Below, one piece after another: positions 36,288 to 45,651 of a stretch of DNA of 64,000 nucleotides (its first letter is position 1; every line of letters starts with the position of its first letter). This DNA is from Actinomycetota bacterium. GTDB lineage: Bacteria > Actinomycetota > UBA4738 > HRBIN12. The stretch is taken from NCBI GenBank assembly GCA_035711865.1, contig DASTBT010000079.1, forward strand, positions 702 through 64,701, read 5' to 3'. Both the position numbers and the translations under genes were made by a program. Under the pieces are notes generated by a model. It was not told the DNA's origin, made no database searches, and saw only the letters and a program-made list of their open reading frames with translations.

Positions 36288-38399
36288 TCAGGTCGACGTG
36301 ACGTGCGTGGGTGCGAGCACCTCGGGCCGCAGCTCCACCCGGCGGAGCAGCTGGGCGTTGGCCGCCACCACGATCGTCGAGAGGCTCATGAGCGCGGCGG
36401 CGACGGCCGGGGGCAGCACCACGCCGGCCCACGCCAACGCCCCGGCGGCCAGCGGGATCGCCAGCACGTTGTAGCCGGTCGCCCATCCCAGGTTCTCCAG
36501 CATCTTCCGGTAGCTCGCCTGGGAGAGCCGGCGGACCGAGAGCACGCCCCGAGGGTCGTCGCCGGCGAGCACGACGCCGGCCGACTCGATCGCGACGTCG
36601 GTACCGGCGCCGATCGCGATGCCGACGTCGGCGCGCGCGAGTGCCGGCGCGTCGTTCACCCCGTCGCCGACCATCGCGACCCGCAGGCCGCGCGCCTGCA
36701 GCTCTGCCACCTTGGAGTCCTTCTGCTCGGGTAGCACCTCAGCCATGACCTCGTCGACGCCGAGCTCGTCCGCCACCGCCTGGGCGACTTGGAGGGCGTC
36801 GCCGGTGATCATCACCACCCGCACCCCCTCGGCGTGCAGCGCGTCGATCGCCGCCCGGGACTCGGGGCGTACCGCGTCCTCGAGCGCGAGCGCGCCCACG
36901 ACCTCGCCGTCGTCGACCACCGCAAGCACCGTGGCGCCTCTGTCGCGCCACGCCTCGACCTTCCCGAGGATCGTCCCGGGAAGCTCGAGCCCGCGTTCGC
37001 CGAGCATCGCCGGCCCGCCCACAACGACGCGCCGGCCGTCGACCTCGGCCTCGACGCCGCGGCCCGCGATCGACCGGAATCCCGATGCCTCGGGTACGCG
37101 GCCTCGGTCGCGCCCTGCGGCGACGATCGCCCGGGCGAGGGGATGTTCGCTCTCGCCCTCGACCGCGGCGGCCGGCAGCAGGACCGCGTCTTCGTCGCCA
37201 TGGGTCGACGCGACGTCGCGCACGGTGTGACGGCCCTGCGTCAGGGTGCCGGTCTTGTCGAAGAGCACCGTGTCGACCGTGCGCATGCGTTCGAGGGCCA
37301 GGCGATCCTTCACGAGGATCCCGTTGCGGGCCGACATCGCGGTCGACAACGAGATCACGAGCGGGATCGCGAGGCCGAGCGCGTGGGGGCAGGCGATCAC
37401 GAGCACCGAGACGCTGCTCTCGATGGCCTGGTCGGCATCGTCGGCGAGCATCCACGAGATGAACGTGACGATGCCCGCCCCGAGCGCCACGAAGAAGAGG
37501 ACGGCGGCCGCACGGTCGGCGAGCGCCTGTGCCCTGGAGCTCGACGCCTGCGCGTCGGCCACGAGCCGGCGGATGCCGGCCAGCGCCGTGTCGTCGCCGA
37601 CCGCGACGACCCGGAGTCGGACCGAGGAGTCGGTCGCGACGGTGCCCGCGACGACATGGTCGCCGGGGGCCCGGTCGACCGGTCGCGATTCCCCCGTGAT
37701 CATCGACTCGTCGAACGCGGCCTGACCGCTGTCGATGATGCCATCGGCCGGCACGCGACCCCCCGGGCGCACGAGCACCAGATCGTCCGGGCGCAGCTCG
37801 GCGATGGCCACCTCGCGGGTGCCCGCGCCCTCGACGCGTTCGGCCATGTCGGGAAGGAGCGCGGCGAGCGCGTCGAGGGCGCTCGACGCCTGCCCGATGG
37901 CCCTCATCTCCTGCCAGTGCCCGAGCAGCATCACGTCGATCAGCAGCACGAGCTCCCACCAGAAGTCCAGGTCGAGCAGGCCCGCCTCGGTCGCGATGCT
38001 CGAGGCGAACGCCACCGTGATCGCGAGCGAGATCAGCAGCATCATGCCCGGGGCTCTGTCGCGGAGCTCGTTCCAACCTCCTTTGAGGAAGGGGGTACCG
38101 CCGTAGACGAAGACGGCGGTGCCGAACACGAGCGGGATCCAGCGCTCGCCCGGAACGTCCGGCGCCGTGTAGCCGAGCAGGTCCTGCAGCATCTCCGACC
38201 AGATCAGGACGGGAACGCTCAGGAGCAGGCTCAGCCAGAAGCGGTCTCGGAACATCGCGACGCTGTGCCCAGCGTGGGCGTCGTGCCCCGCATGGGCGTC
38301 GTGCCCCGCGTGGGCGTCGTGCCCCGCGTGGGTCGCCGGGACCTCGCTCTGCCGCGGGTCGGCAGCCTCGTCGGTCATCCGATGGTGGTCGTGGGACAT
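36288..38399 (-). CDS. copB: Heavy-metal P1B-type ATPase, CopB-like (CPH motif, His-rich N-terminus)
   Basis: VIACPHALGLAIP, DKTGTLT, VGDGVNDAPAL and N-terminal (HAGHDA)n. No CXXC metal-binding domain. Confidence 0.88.
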   Translation of the reverse strand: MSHDHHRMTDEAADPRQSEVPATHAGHDAHAGHDAHAGHDAHAGHSVAMFRDRFWLSLLLSVPVLIWSEMLQDLLGYTAPDVPGERWIPLVFGTAVFVYGGTPFLKGGWNELRDRAPGMMLLISLAITVAFASSIATEAGLLDLDFWWELVLLIDVMLLGHWQEMRAIGQASSALDALAALLPDMAERVEGAGTREVAIAELRPDDLVLVRPGGRVPADGIIDSGQAAFDESMITGESRPVDRAPGDHVVAGTVATDSSVRLRVVAVGDDTALAGIRRLVADAQASSSRAQALADRAAAVLFFVALGAGIVTFISWMLADDADQAIESSVSVLVIACPHALGLAIPLVISLSTAMSARNGILVKDRLALERMRTVDTVLFDKTGTLTQGRHTVRDVASTHGDEDAVLLPAAAVEGESEHPLARAIVAAGRDRGRVPEASGFRSIAGRGVEAEVDGRRVVVGGPAMLGERGLELPGTILGKVEAWRDRGATVLAVVDDGEVVGALALEDAVRPESRAAIDALHAEGVRVVMITGDALQVAQAVADELGVDEVMAEVLPEQKDSKVAELQARGLRVAMVGDGVNDAPALARADVGIAIGAGTDVAIESAGVVLAGDDPRGVLSVRRLSQASYRKMLENLGWATGYNVLAIPLAAGALAWAGVVLPPAVAAALMSLSTIVVAANAQLLRRVELRPEVLAPTHVTST
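38265..38336. repeat. 18-bp tandem repeat (about 4 copies) encoding the (HAGHDA)n His-rich N-terminus of CopB
   Basis: GTGCCCAGCGTGGGCGTC / GTGCCCCGCATGGGCGTC / GTGCCCCGCGTGGGCGTC / GTGCCCCGCGTGGGTCGC read directly from the plus strand. Confidence 0.85.
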
Positions 38400-38444
38400 C
38401 TCCGTCCTCGGAGCTCGGGGACCCGCCGCGTGCGGCGGGCGACA

Positions 38445-40010
38445 TCAGCCGACGGCTTTGATGATCTCCTCGCTGAGTTGCGTGAACTGCTGCAGGTGCG
38501 CGACCCTGTCGTTCTTGAGCTCCTCCACGAATGCTCGGTACTCGTCGCCGCGACCCTGCCGCTCGTAGAGCCGCCGCGGCTGCAGCTTCTCGTCGTCGTC
38601 GATGCCCGGAACCGCCGAGGCGACCTCGTAGCCGAAGTCGGGGTCCTCTTCGAACGAGATGGCGCGCTCGGCGATGCCTTTGACGCATGCGGAGGTGTCG
38701 GGGATGCGCAGCTTCTTCGAGCGATCGTCGTCGTCCTTGCCGCCCACCCGGCCGGTGTTCAACAGGTAGGTCTCGATCGGATGCGTGGCTAGGAGCTCGA
38801 GCAGCCGATTGCCCTGCAGCCCGTGGGGGAGCGGGAAGAACGGATTGGTGCCGGGCACCCGCAGGAACTTGCCCTCCTCGGCGGCCCCACCTGCCGAGGT
38901 ACCGGTGGTCTCGCCGAGCATGAAGAACGCAGCCGCGTGCTGCTGGTCGAGCTTGGCGACCGCCGGGATGATGTTCTCGTTCCGGTTCAGGATCAGCAGG
39001 TAGTCGACGGGCCCGACCTCGCGGGCGTCGCCGTAGGCAAGCAGATCCTGCATCTCGAAGACCGACCGGCCGTTCTTCGTGTAGTGCTCGTCGAAGAAGT
39101 CGACGGTGCCCGCATCGTCCATGGACACGTTCTCGAGGTAGGCCGACGGCTTCGTGACGGCGCCGTGGATCGAGGGTTCGAACTCGGGGTCAAGGCCGAA
39201 CGTCTTGGCGAAGCATCCGTTCTCGGTGCCGTAGGCGCGTCCCCCGGGCATCAGGCCGACGAAGTCGTCTTGGATCGGGAGCGAGCCGTTCTGCGTCGTG
39301 AACGTCGTCGTCGTCTTGCCCGTGCCGGACAAGCCGATGATCATGAACACCTTGTCGCCGTGGACTGTGGGGACCACCTTGAGGCCGGCGTGCAGGGCGA
39401 GTCCGCCCTTGTTGTAGACGACGTCGTTCCACATGCGCAGGCCGCCCTTCTTGGACTCGCCGAAGTAGTCCGAGTTGAGGACGCGCGTCACGTAGTTGTC
39501 GAGGTCGACCGCGATCACCCGGTCGTCGGGGTATCCGGGAGCCGGCAGGCCGGGCGTGTAGACCACCTGCACATGAGGATCGGCCCCGTCGCTCCGCTCG
39601 AAGTAGAGCTTCTGTTGCATGCCCGCGATGTTGGCGTAGCGCTTCTCCATCAGGAGCCGAGCCGCGGTGCGCATGTCCGGATCGTTCCCGATGTAGCCGT
39701 TGATCTGGATCATGTCGTGTTCCGCGATGTACCGATCCTGCGCCGCTGCGATCGCGTCGTAGTCCTCGCGCGTCATGGTCTTGCCGCTGGACTCGCGGCC
39801 GACGACGTAGGTGCTGCCGGCGCTGCGCGAGAGGGCCTTCGTCCGTGTGTTGGTGTTGTCGTACTCGGAGATGCGCGTTTCGGGCATCTCCTCGGTGAAG
39901 CTCCTGAGCTCTTCGGGGGTGGGATCGACGAGAACCTCTGCCACGGCTGCGGCCTCCTCGGGAGGGATCGGGGTCGGTGCGCTTCGTGTCTCGAGACGTG
40001 CGTGAAGCAC
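38445..40010 (-). CDS. pckA: Phosphoenolpyruvate carboxykinase (ATP-dependent type)
   Basis: GLSGTGKTT kinase-1a motif, plus NTGRVGG and FMLGETTGTSAGG blocks. Start uncertain: GTG 40010, or GTG 39944, which lies 8 nt after GAGGAGG. Confidence 0.88.
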   Translation of the reverse strand: MLHARLETRSAPTPIPPEEAAAVAEVLVDPTPEELRSFTEEMPETRISEYDNTNTRTKALSRSAGSTYVVGRESSGKTMTREDYDAIAAAQDRYIAEHDMIQINGYIGNDPDMRTAARLLMEKRYANIAGMQQKLYFERSDGADPHVQVVYTPGLPAPGYPDDRVIAVDLDNYVTRVLNSDYFGESKKGGLRMWNDVVYNKGGLALHAGLKVVPTVHGDKVFMIIGLSGTGKTTTTFTTQNGSLPIQDDFVGLMPGGRAYGTENGCFAKTFGLDPEFEPSIHGAVTKPSAYLENVSMDDAGTVDFFDEHYTKNGRSVFEMQDLLAYGDAREVGPVDYLLILNRNENIIPAVAKLDQQHAAAFFMLGETTGTSAGGAAEEGKFLRVPGTNPFFPLPHGLQGNRLLELLATHPIETYLLNTGRVGGKDDDDRSKKLRIPDTSACVKGIAERAISFEEDPDFGYEVASAVPGIDDDEKLQPRRLYERQGRGDEYRAFVEELKNDRVAHLQQFTQLSEEIIKAVG

Positions 40011-40117
40011 TCCAGTCTATCGAACGGTGATGCGGCCCCCTCGTTCGATGGGGGGGATTCGCAGCTCGAAAGGAACGCAAGGCCTGGTTTCGGAGGAACC
40101 GACGCGAGCGGAGGCGG

Positions 40118-40318
40118 TCAGGCGGAGCGGGGGATCCGAGCGACCTTGCCGCCCTTGATGCACGAGGTGCATGCGTTGACCCGCCGCGGCGTGCCGTCGA
40201 CCAGGGCACGCACACGCTGCACGTTGGGGTTCCAACGCCGATTGTTCCGCTTGTGCGAGAAGGTCACGGCCTTGCCGAAGAACGGCTTCTTGCCACAGAT
40301 GTCGCAGACGGCTGCCAT
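40118..40318 (-). CDS. rpmB: 50S ribosomal protein L28
   Basis: MAAVCDICGKKPFFGKAVTFSHKRNNRRWNPNVQ. Confidence 0.93.
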   Translation of the reverse strand: MAAVCDICGKKPFFGKAVTFSHKRNNRRWNPNVQRVRALVDGTPRRVNACTSCIKGGKVARIPRSA

Positions 40319-40367
40319 AGCCAGACGAGGCTACCAGAGGTGCCGTCTGCTTCCGGTGGGAACACGA

Positions 40368-40928
40368 TCACGCCGTGATCTCCACGAGATGCTCGTCGAG
40401 CGCGCTCCGGCTGAGCTCACCGTCGACCTTGGCGACCTGGTTCCCGTGGGCATCGAAGAAGACGGTCACGGGCAACCCGAAGCTCCCGAGGTCGGTGCGG
40501 ATCGCGGCGTCAGGGTCGAAGAGCGACGGGAACGGCACAGAATGGTCGGCGATGAAGGATTCGGCTCCCGAACGGGAGTCGAGCGTGTCCACGCCGAGGA
40601 ACTGCACGCCGGCCTCCTCGACCGCGGCGGCCGAGAGCATCGGCATCTCGCGCTCGCAGGGCTCGCACCACGAGGCCCACAGGTTGACGACCACCGGCGT
40701 GCCGCGCAGACCGTCGAGCAGGGATCGGAAGGCATCGGCATCGGCATCGGGCAGCGCCGAGACCGTGTCGGGGAGCCCCTCGACCCCCTCGACGGCCAGG
40801 AGCGCCGGCGAGGGCGATGCACCGGTGCTGGAGGAGGCCACGTCGTCGTCGCGGACCGCGAGCGCGATCGACCCCGCGATCACGATCGCCGCGACCGCGG
40901 CTGCGAGGACGAGGGCCTTGCGTGACAC
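40368..40928 (-). CDS. TlpA/redoxin-family thiol-disulfide oxidoreductase, membrane-anchored
   Basis: N-terminal TM helix and the WASWCEPC active site. Confidence 0.8.
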   Translation of the reverse strand: MSRKALVLAAAVAAIVIAGSIALAVRDDDVASSSTGASPSPALLAVEGVEGLPDTVSALPDADADAFRSLLDGLRGTPVVVNLWASWCEPCEREMPMLSAAAVEEAGVQFLGVDTLDSRSGAESFIADHSVPFPSLFDPDAAIRTDLGSFGLPVTVFFDAHGNQVAKVDGELSRSALDEHLVEITA

Positions 40929-40984
40929 CGTTCCATGCTAGAGGCAGCGGCGGTTCCGTCGGGGTCGCGTGGTACAACCCCACG

Positions 40985-43219
40985 ATGAGCGGCGCCGGCC
41001 TCAGCCTCGCCTCGCCGGTCCTCGAGATCGACCGGAAGCTCGCGACGCGACGTGCTGGGTTCAGGACCAAGGGCGATCCTGCCTTCGAGGTCCTCGCTGA
41101 GAGCTCCTTCGAGATCCGTTCGGTCGGCGACCTGCTGCACCACTATCCGCGTCGCTACATCGACCGGTCTCGGGTCGAGCCGATCCGCGACGTGAAGATC
41201 GGGGCATACGTCACCGTGATCGGCCTCGTGCAGAAGGTGCGCAAGCGGCAGACGCGCCGGCGTCAGACGATGGTGACCGTCACGGTCGGCGACGGCACCG
41301 GTTACCTGGACCTCGCGTTCTTCAACCAACCGTGGGCAGCGAACGTCTATCGGGAGGGAGCCGAGGTCGCGGTCTCGGGCTCGGCCACGTTGTACCGGGG
41401 CCGCCTGCAGCTCGCTCAGCAGGAGGTCGAGGTGCTCAGGGGCGGCGACGCCGATCTCGTGCACACGGGCAGGATCACGCCCGTGCACCCGGCCACCGAC
41501 GGCATCACCGCGCGCACGATCCGCGAGCTCGTGCATCGGGCGATCGAACGGCTCGGCCCGATCGCCGATCCGATGCCCGGGGAGATCGTGCGGGTCGAGC
41601 GGCTGGGCTCGTACGACCGGGCGATGCGGGACATCCATTTCCCGGCCGACGACGCAGCACTCGAAACGGCGCGGGAGCGGCTGAAGTTCGACGAGCTGTT
41701 CACCCTCGAGCTGGGCGTGGCCTTCCGGAAGCATCGGGTGGAAGCCGACAGCGCGGGGGTTGCTCACGATCCGGACGGGCCGCTCACCGACCGGCTGCTG
41801 GCCTCGATCCCGTTCGAGCCCACCGGCGCACAGCGCCGGGCCATGCGCGAGATCGGCGAGGCGATGAGCAGGCCGAGGCCCATGAACGTGCTGCTGCAGG
41901 GTGACGTCGGGTCGGGGAAGACGCTGGTCGCGCTCCATGCCGCGCTGATCGCGATCGGATCGGGGCACCAAGCGGCGATCATGGCACCGACCGAGGTGCT
42001 CGCCGGCCAGCATCTCCGTTCGGTACAGGTGCTTCTCGAGAACATGGGCGCCGTGCCGTTCCTGGAGTTCGCCAACTCGCGACGGCTCGCGTCCGACGCC
42101 CAGGCGTCGTTGCTCGACGCCTTCGACGACGAGGGCGCCGCTTCGGCGGCCGAGGCGACGCTGACCTACGCCCTGCTCACCGGGGCGGTGACCGGCAAGG
42201 ATCGCAGCAGGATCGTCGATGCCGTCGCCGACGGCAGTCTCGACCTGATCGTCGGCACGCACGCCCTCGTGCAGGAGTCGGTCTCGTTCGCCGACCTCAG
42301 CCTGGCGGTCGTCGACGAGCAACATCGGTTCGGCCTCCATCAGCGAACGGCCTTGCAGCGCAAGGGTGGTGAGGTCGACATGTTGATCATGACCGCGACG
42401 CCCATCCCCAGGACGCTCGCGCTCACATACTACGGCGACCTCGACGTCGTCGTGCTCGATGAGTTGCCTCAGGGGCGGCAACCCATCATCACCCGGGAGG
42501 CACGGTCGGCCACCCAGAGGACGGCGGCGTACGAGCTCGTCCGCGACCAGGTCGATCAGGGCCGGCAGGCCTTCGTCGTCTGCGCCGCGATCGACGAGGG
42601 CAACCGGACCCAGGTCAAGGCGGCCGAGGCGGAGGCAGAGCGCCTGGCGACCGAGGTCTTCCCCGAGCTGCGGATCGAGCTCCTCCATGGCCGCATGCGC
42701 CCGAAGGACAAAGAGGCGGTCATGGAACGCTTCCGCTCGGGGGAGGCCGATCTGTTGATCTCGACGACCGTGATCGAGGTCGGCGTCGACGTGCCCAACG
42801 CCACGGTCATGCTCGTCGAGAACGCCGAGCGGTTCGGGCTTGCGCAGCTCCACCAGCTCCGGGGCCGCATCGGTCGCGGCGCCCATCCCGGCACGTGCAT
42901 CCTGTTCGACGAGTCCGAGGAGTCCAACCTCGAGGCGAGGGCTCGGATCGACGCCATGGTCCGCACGACCGACGGCTTCGAGCTCGCCGACGAGGATCTG
43001 CGGTTGCGCGGCGAGGGCACATTGTTCGATACGAAGCAGTCGGGCATGCCGGACCTTCGACTCGCCCGGCTCGCCGAGGACATGCCGCTCGTGGTCCGCG
43101 CTCGGCAGCGCGCCTTCGCCGTGATCGACGAGGACCCGTCGCTCGAGCGTCATCCGGAGCTGCTCGACGAGCTCCGCCACCGGTTCGAGAGCTCGATCGA
43201 CTGGCTGTTCCGCTCGTGA
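40985..43219 (+). CDS. recG: ATP-dependent DNA helicase RecG
   Basis: OB wedge region, GDVGSGKT, DEQHRFG, TATPIPRT and QLHQLRGRIGRG motifs. Confidence 0.93.
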   Translation: MSGAGLSLASPVLEIDRKLATRRAGFRTKGDPAFEVLAESSFEIRSVGDLLHHYPRRYIDRSRVEPIRDVKIGAYVTVIGLVQKVRKRQTRRRQTMVTVTVGDGTGYLDLAFFNQPWAANVYREGAEVAVSGSATLYRGRLQLAQQEVEVLRGGDADLVHTGRITPVHPATDGITARTIRELVHRAIERLGPIADPMPGEIVRVERLGSYDRAMRDIHFPADDAALETARERLKFDELFTLELGVAFRKHRVEADSAGVAHDPDGPLTDRLLASIPFEPTGAQRRAMREIGEAMSRPRPMNVLLQGDVGSGKTLVALHAALIAIGSGHQAAIMAPTEVLAGQHLRSVQVLLENMGAVPFLEFANSRRLASDAQASLLDAFDDEGAASAAEATLTYALLTGAVTGKDRSRIVDAVADGSLDLIVGTHALVQESVSFADLSLAVVDEQHRFGLHQRTALQRKGGEVDMLIMTATPIPRTLALTYYGDLDVVVLDELPQGRQPIITREARSATQRTAAYELVRDQVDQGRQAFVVCAAIDEGNRTQVKAAEAEAERLATEVFPELRIELLHGRMRPKDKEAVMERFRSGEADLLISTTVIEVGVDVPNATVMLVENAERFGLAQLHQLRGRIGRGAHPGTCILFDESEESNLEARARIDAMVRTTDGFELADEDLRLRGEGTLFDTKQSGMPDLRLARLAEDMPLVVRARQRAFAVIDEDPSLERHPELLDELRHRFESSIDWLFRS

Positions 43220-43266
43220 GAGCGGCCGAGACCGGCCGGTCGTGACGGCGTCGGTACGCTGGCTCG

Positions 43267-43833
43267 ATGCGCATCATCGCCGGCTCCGCCAAGGGTGTGC
43301 GGCTCGCGCCCGTGCCCCCCTCCGTCCGGCCGATCTCCGACCGGGCGCGCGAGGGGTTGTTCTCGAGCATCGGGCCGGACGCCCTGGTCGGCGCGACCGT
43401 ATTGGATCTGTTCGCCGGCACCGGCGCCGCGGGAATCGAAGCCCTCTCTCGCGGCGCCGCGCACGCCTCGTTCGTCGACCGGGCCCCGGCCGCCGTCGAT
43501 GCGATCAAGCGGAACCTGGCGATCGCCAAGCTCTCGGAGCGGGGTGATGTTCACCCCTCCAAGGTCGCTCGGTTCGTTGGCAGGGACGATCGGCCGGGGG
43601 CCCCCTACGATCTGGTGATCTGCGATCCGCCATACGATCTCGAGGGGCCCGAGTTGGACGGCGTCTTGCGTGAACTGGCCGGTGGTTGGCTCCGAGACCG
43701 ACGATCGACGGTCGTCGTGACCCGCGGTCACAAGAGTTCCATGCCTGTCATTCCGCTACACTGGGCCATCGCGAGGCAGCTTCGCTACGGCGACACCCTC
43801 GTGATCCTGTTCCGCCCGGAGGGATCCGCCTGA
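43267..43833 (+). CDS. rsmD: 16S rRNA (guanine966-N2)-methyltransferase RsmD
   Basis: MRIIAGSAKG, LDLFAGTGAAGIEALSRGA and CDPPY blocks. Confidence 0.87.
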   Translation: MRIIAGSAKGVRLAPVPPSVRPISDRAREGLFSSIGPDALVGATVLDLFAGTGAAGIEALSRGAAHASFVDRAPAAVDAIKRNLAIAKLSERGDVHPSKVARFVGRDDRPGAPYDLVICDPPYDLEGPELDGVLRELAGGWLRDRRSTVVVTRGHKSSMPVIPLHWAIARQLRYGDTLVILFRPEGSA

Positions 43834-43847
43834 CACCTGGAGGTTCG

Positions 43848-44333
43848 ATGGGCCTGACCGCCCTGTGTCCGGGGACGTTCGACCCCGTCACCAACGGTCA
43901 TCTCGACATCATCGACCGCGCGAGCGAGACGTTCGAGACCGTGGTGGTGGCGGTGCTCGAGAACCCCGCGAAACGACCGATGTTCACCGTCGAGGAGCGC
44001 ATCGCGATGCTCGAGAAGGTCTGCGCCGACATGTCCGGGGTCGAGGTGACCTCCTTCGACGGCCTGCTGGTCGACTTCGCGCGGCGGCGCAACGACGCGG
44101 TGATCGTGAAGGGCCTGCGGGCCGTCTCCGACTACGAGTTCGAGATCCAGATGGCTCAGATGAATCACCGGCTCGCGGGTGTCGAGACGCTGTTCATGCC
44201 GACGAACCCGTCGTGGTCCTTCCTGTCGAGCTCGCTCGTGAAGGAGGTCGCGCGGTTCGGTGGCGACATCGAGGGTCTGGTGCCCGACGAGGTCCGAACC
44301 TGCCTGCACGAGCGTTTGGAGGAGGGGCGCTGA
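43848..44333 (+). CDS. coaD: Pantetheine-phosphate adenylyltransferase
   Basis: CPGTFDPVTNGHLDII, RGLRAVSDYE and SSSLVKEV blocks. Confidence 0.93.
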   Translation: MGLTALCPGTFDPVTNGHLDIIDRASETFETVVVAVLENPAKRPMFTVEERIAMLEKVCADMSGVEVTSFDGLLVDFARRRNDAVIVKGLRAVSDYEFEIQMAQMNHRLAGVETLFMPTNPSWSFLSSSLVKEVARFGGDIEGLVPDEVRTCLHERLEEGR

Positions 44334-44923
44334 TGGATATCACCGCCCGGCTCGCGCACCTCGACGAGATGGTCCGCGAAGCCAAGGCCATGCCGCTGTC
44401 GTCGTCGGTGCTGGTCAATCGCGACGAGGTGCTCGACCTGATCGGCGAGATGCAGGAGGCGCTCCCCGACGAGATCAAGCAGGCGCGTTGGATCGTCAAG
44501 GACCGCGAAGATCTGCTCGCCAAGGCACGCGTCGACGCCGAGAGCATCGTCGAGCGGGCCAGGAACGAGCAGCTGAACATGGCCCGTCACGAGGAGGTGC
44601 TCTCGAGGGCCGCCGAGGAGTCGCAGCGCGTGTTGGCGGAAGCCGATGAGCAGGCGCGCTCGATGCGGCGGGAAGCCGAGGAGTACGTCGACTCGAAGCT
44701 CGCCCAGTTCGAGATCGCGCTGCGCCGGATCCTCGAAGACACGCAGGTCTCATCCCGGGCGTTGGCCAAGACCCTCGACCAGGTCGAGGTCGGCCGCGAG
44801 AAGCTCCGAACGCCGGGCACCGTCGCCGCCCAGGAGTTCGGGGAGCCCGCCGGGGAAGCCGTGACAGCCGACACGGGGCGGCACCGGCCCGAGACACAGC
44901 TCTACGACGAGGAGGAACGATGA
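44333..44923 (+). CDS. Coiled-coil protein (DivIVA/ATP-synthase-B-like), positional equivalent of the gene upstream of DUF177 in actinobacteria
   Basis: Long heptad-like charged helices (KARVDAESIVERARNEQ...). ATG overlaps the coaD stop, and its own stop overlaps the next ATG. Confidence 0.6.
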   Translation: MDITARLAHLDEMVREAKAMPLSSSVLVNRDEVLDLIGEMQEALPDEIKQARWIVKDREDLLAKARVDAESIVERARNEQLNMARHEEVLSRAAEESQRVLAEADEQARSMRREAEEYVDSKLAQFEIALRRILEDTQVSSRALAKTLDQVEVGREKLRTPGTVAAQEFGEPAGEAVTADTGRHRPETQLYDEEER

Positions 44924-45432
44924 TCCCGGCCATCGACGTCACCGATCTCATCGGGCGTCCCGGAGCTTCGAAGGAGCATCGCGTCGACTCGCCCATCGAG
45001 GGCCTCGGCACCGAGCTGGCCCGGGTTCGTGACGACGTGCCGGTCGAGGGTGACCTGCTCTTGGAGGCGTTGGTCGAGGGCATCCTCGTCTCGGGCACGG
45101 TCGGCACGACGCTCGCACTGCGGTGCGCCCGTTGTCTCACCGAGTTCGAACAGCCCTTCGAGGTCACGGTGCACGAGCTGTTCGTGCTCGAGCCCGAACC
45201 CGACGGCGACGACTACCCACTCGAGCGCGATGGCTTCCTGGAGCCCGACCAGATGGTGCGCGACGTGATCGGCGTCGAGCTGCCGTTCTCTCCGCTCTGC
45301 CGCCCCGACTGCCAAGGCCTGTGCCCGGTCTGCGGCGGCGACCGCAACCTCGGAGAGTGCCCAGGACACGCCGAGATCGACCCGAGGTGGGCGGCGCTCG
45401 AGCAGCTCGCGGCCGTGTTCGACGAGAACTGA
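44920..45432 (+). CDS. yceD: YceD/DUF177 family protein
   Basis: LRCARCL ... CRPDCQGLCPVCGGDRN Cys cluster. Located immediately upstream of rpmF, as is usual. Confidence 0.82.
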   Translation: MIPAIDVTDLIGRPGASKEHRVDSPIEGLGTELARVRDDVPVEGDLLLEALVEGILVSGTVGTTLALRCARCLTEFEQPFEVTVHELFVLEPEPDGDDYPLERDGFLEPDQMVRDVIGVELPFSPLCRPDCQGLCPVCGGDRNLGECPGHAEIDPRWAALEQLAAVFDEN

Positions 45433-45469
45433 TCGGCGACGGAGACGACGAAGACGAAGGAGCGAACCG

Positions 45470-45646
45470 ATGGCGGTACCCAAGAAGAAGCAGAGCAAGT
45501 CGCGCGGGCGCAAGCGGGCCGCGAACTGGAAGGCCTCGGCCCCCGCCTACGCCGAATGCCCGCAGTGCAAGCAACCGAAACCCTCGCACCGAGTGTGCGC
45601 CAACTGCGGCTACTACGCGGGGCGTCAAGCGATCGAGGTCGAGTAG
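45470..45646 (+). CDS. rpmF: 50S ribosomal protein L32 (58 aa, below the ORF-track cutoff)
   Basis: Own translation: MAVPKKKQSKSRGRKRAANWKASAPAYAECPQCKQPKPSHRVCANCGYYAGRQAIEVE. AAGGAG lies 8 nt upstream. Confidence 0.9.
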   Translation: MAVPKKKQSKSRGRKRAANWKASAPAYAECPQCKQPKPSHRVCANCGYYAGRQAIEVE

Positions 45647-45651
45647 CCGGC

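Noticed and set aside
38265-38336. Short regularly spaced repeats as a possible CRISPR array
   Set aside because: The units are contiguous 18-bp tandem repeats without spacers, inside the copB reading frame, encoding (HAGHDA)n.
36739-38792. 649-aa (minus) and 667-aa (plus) ORFs overlapping copB
   Set aside because: These are alternative or antisense frames of the P1B ATPase gene. They are extremely Arg/Gly/Pro-rich. The copB frame has DKTGTLT, CPH and GDGVNDAPAL.
40880-43180. 766-aa minus-strand ORF
   Set aside because: Antisense shadow of recG.
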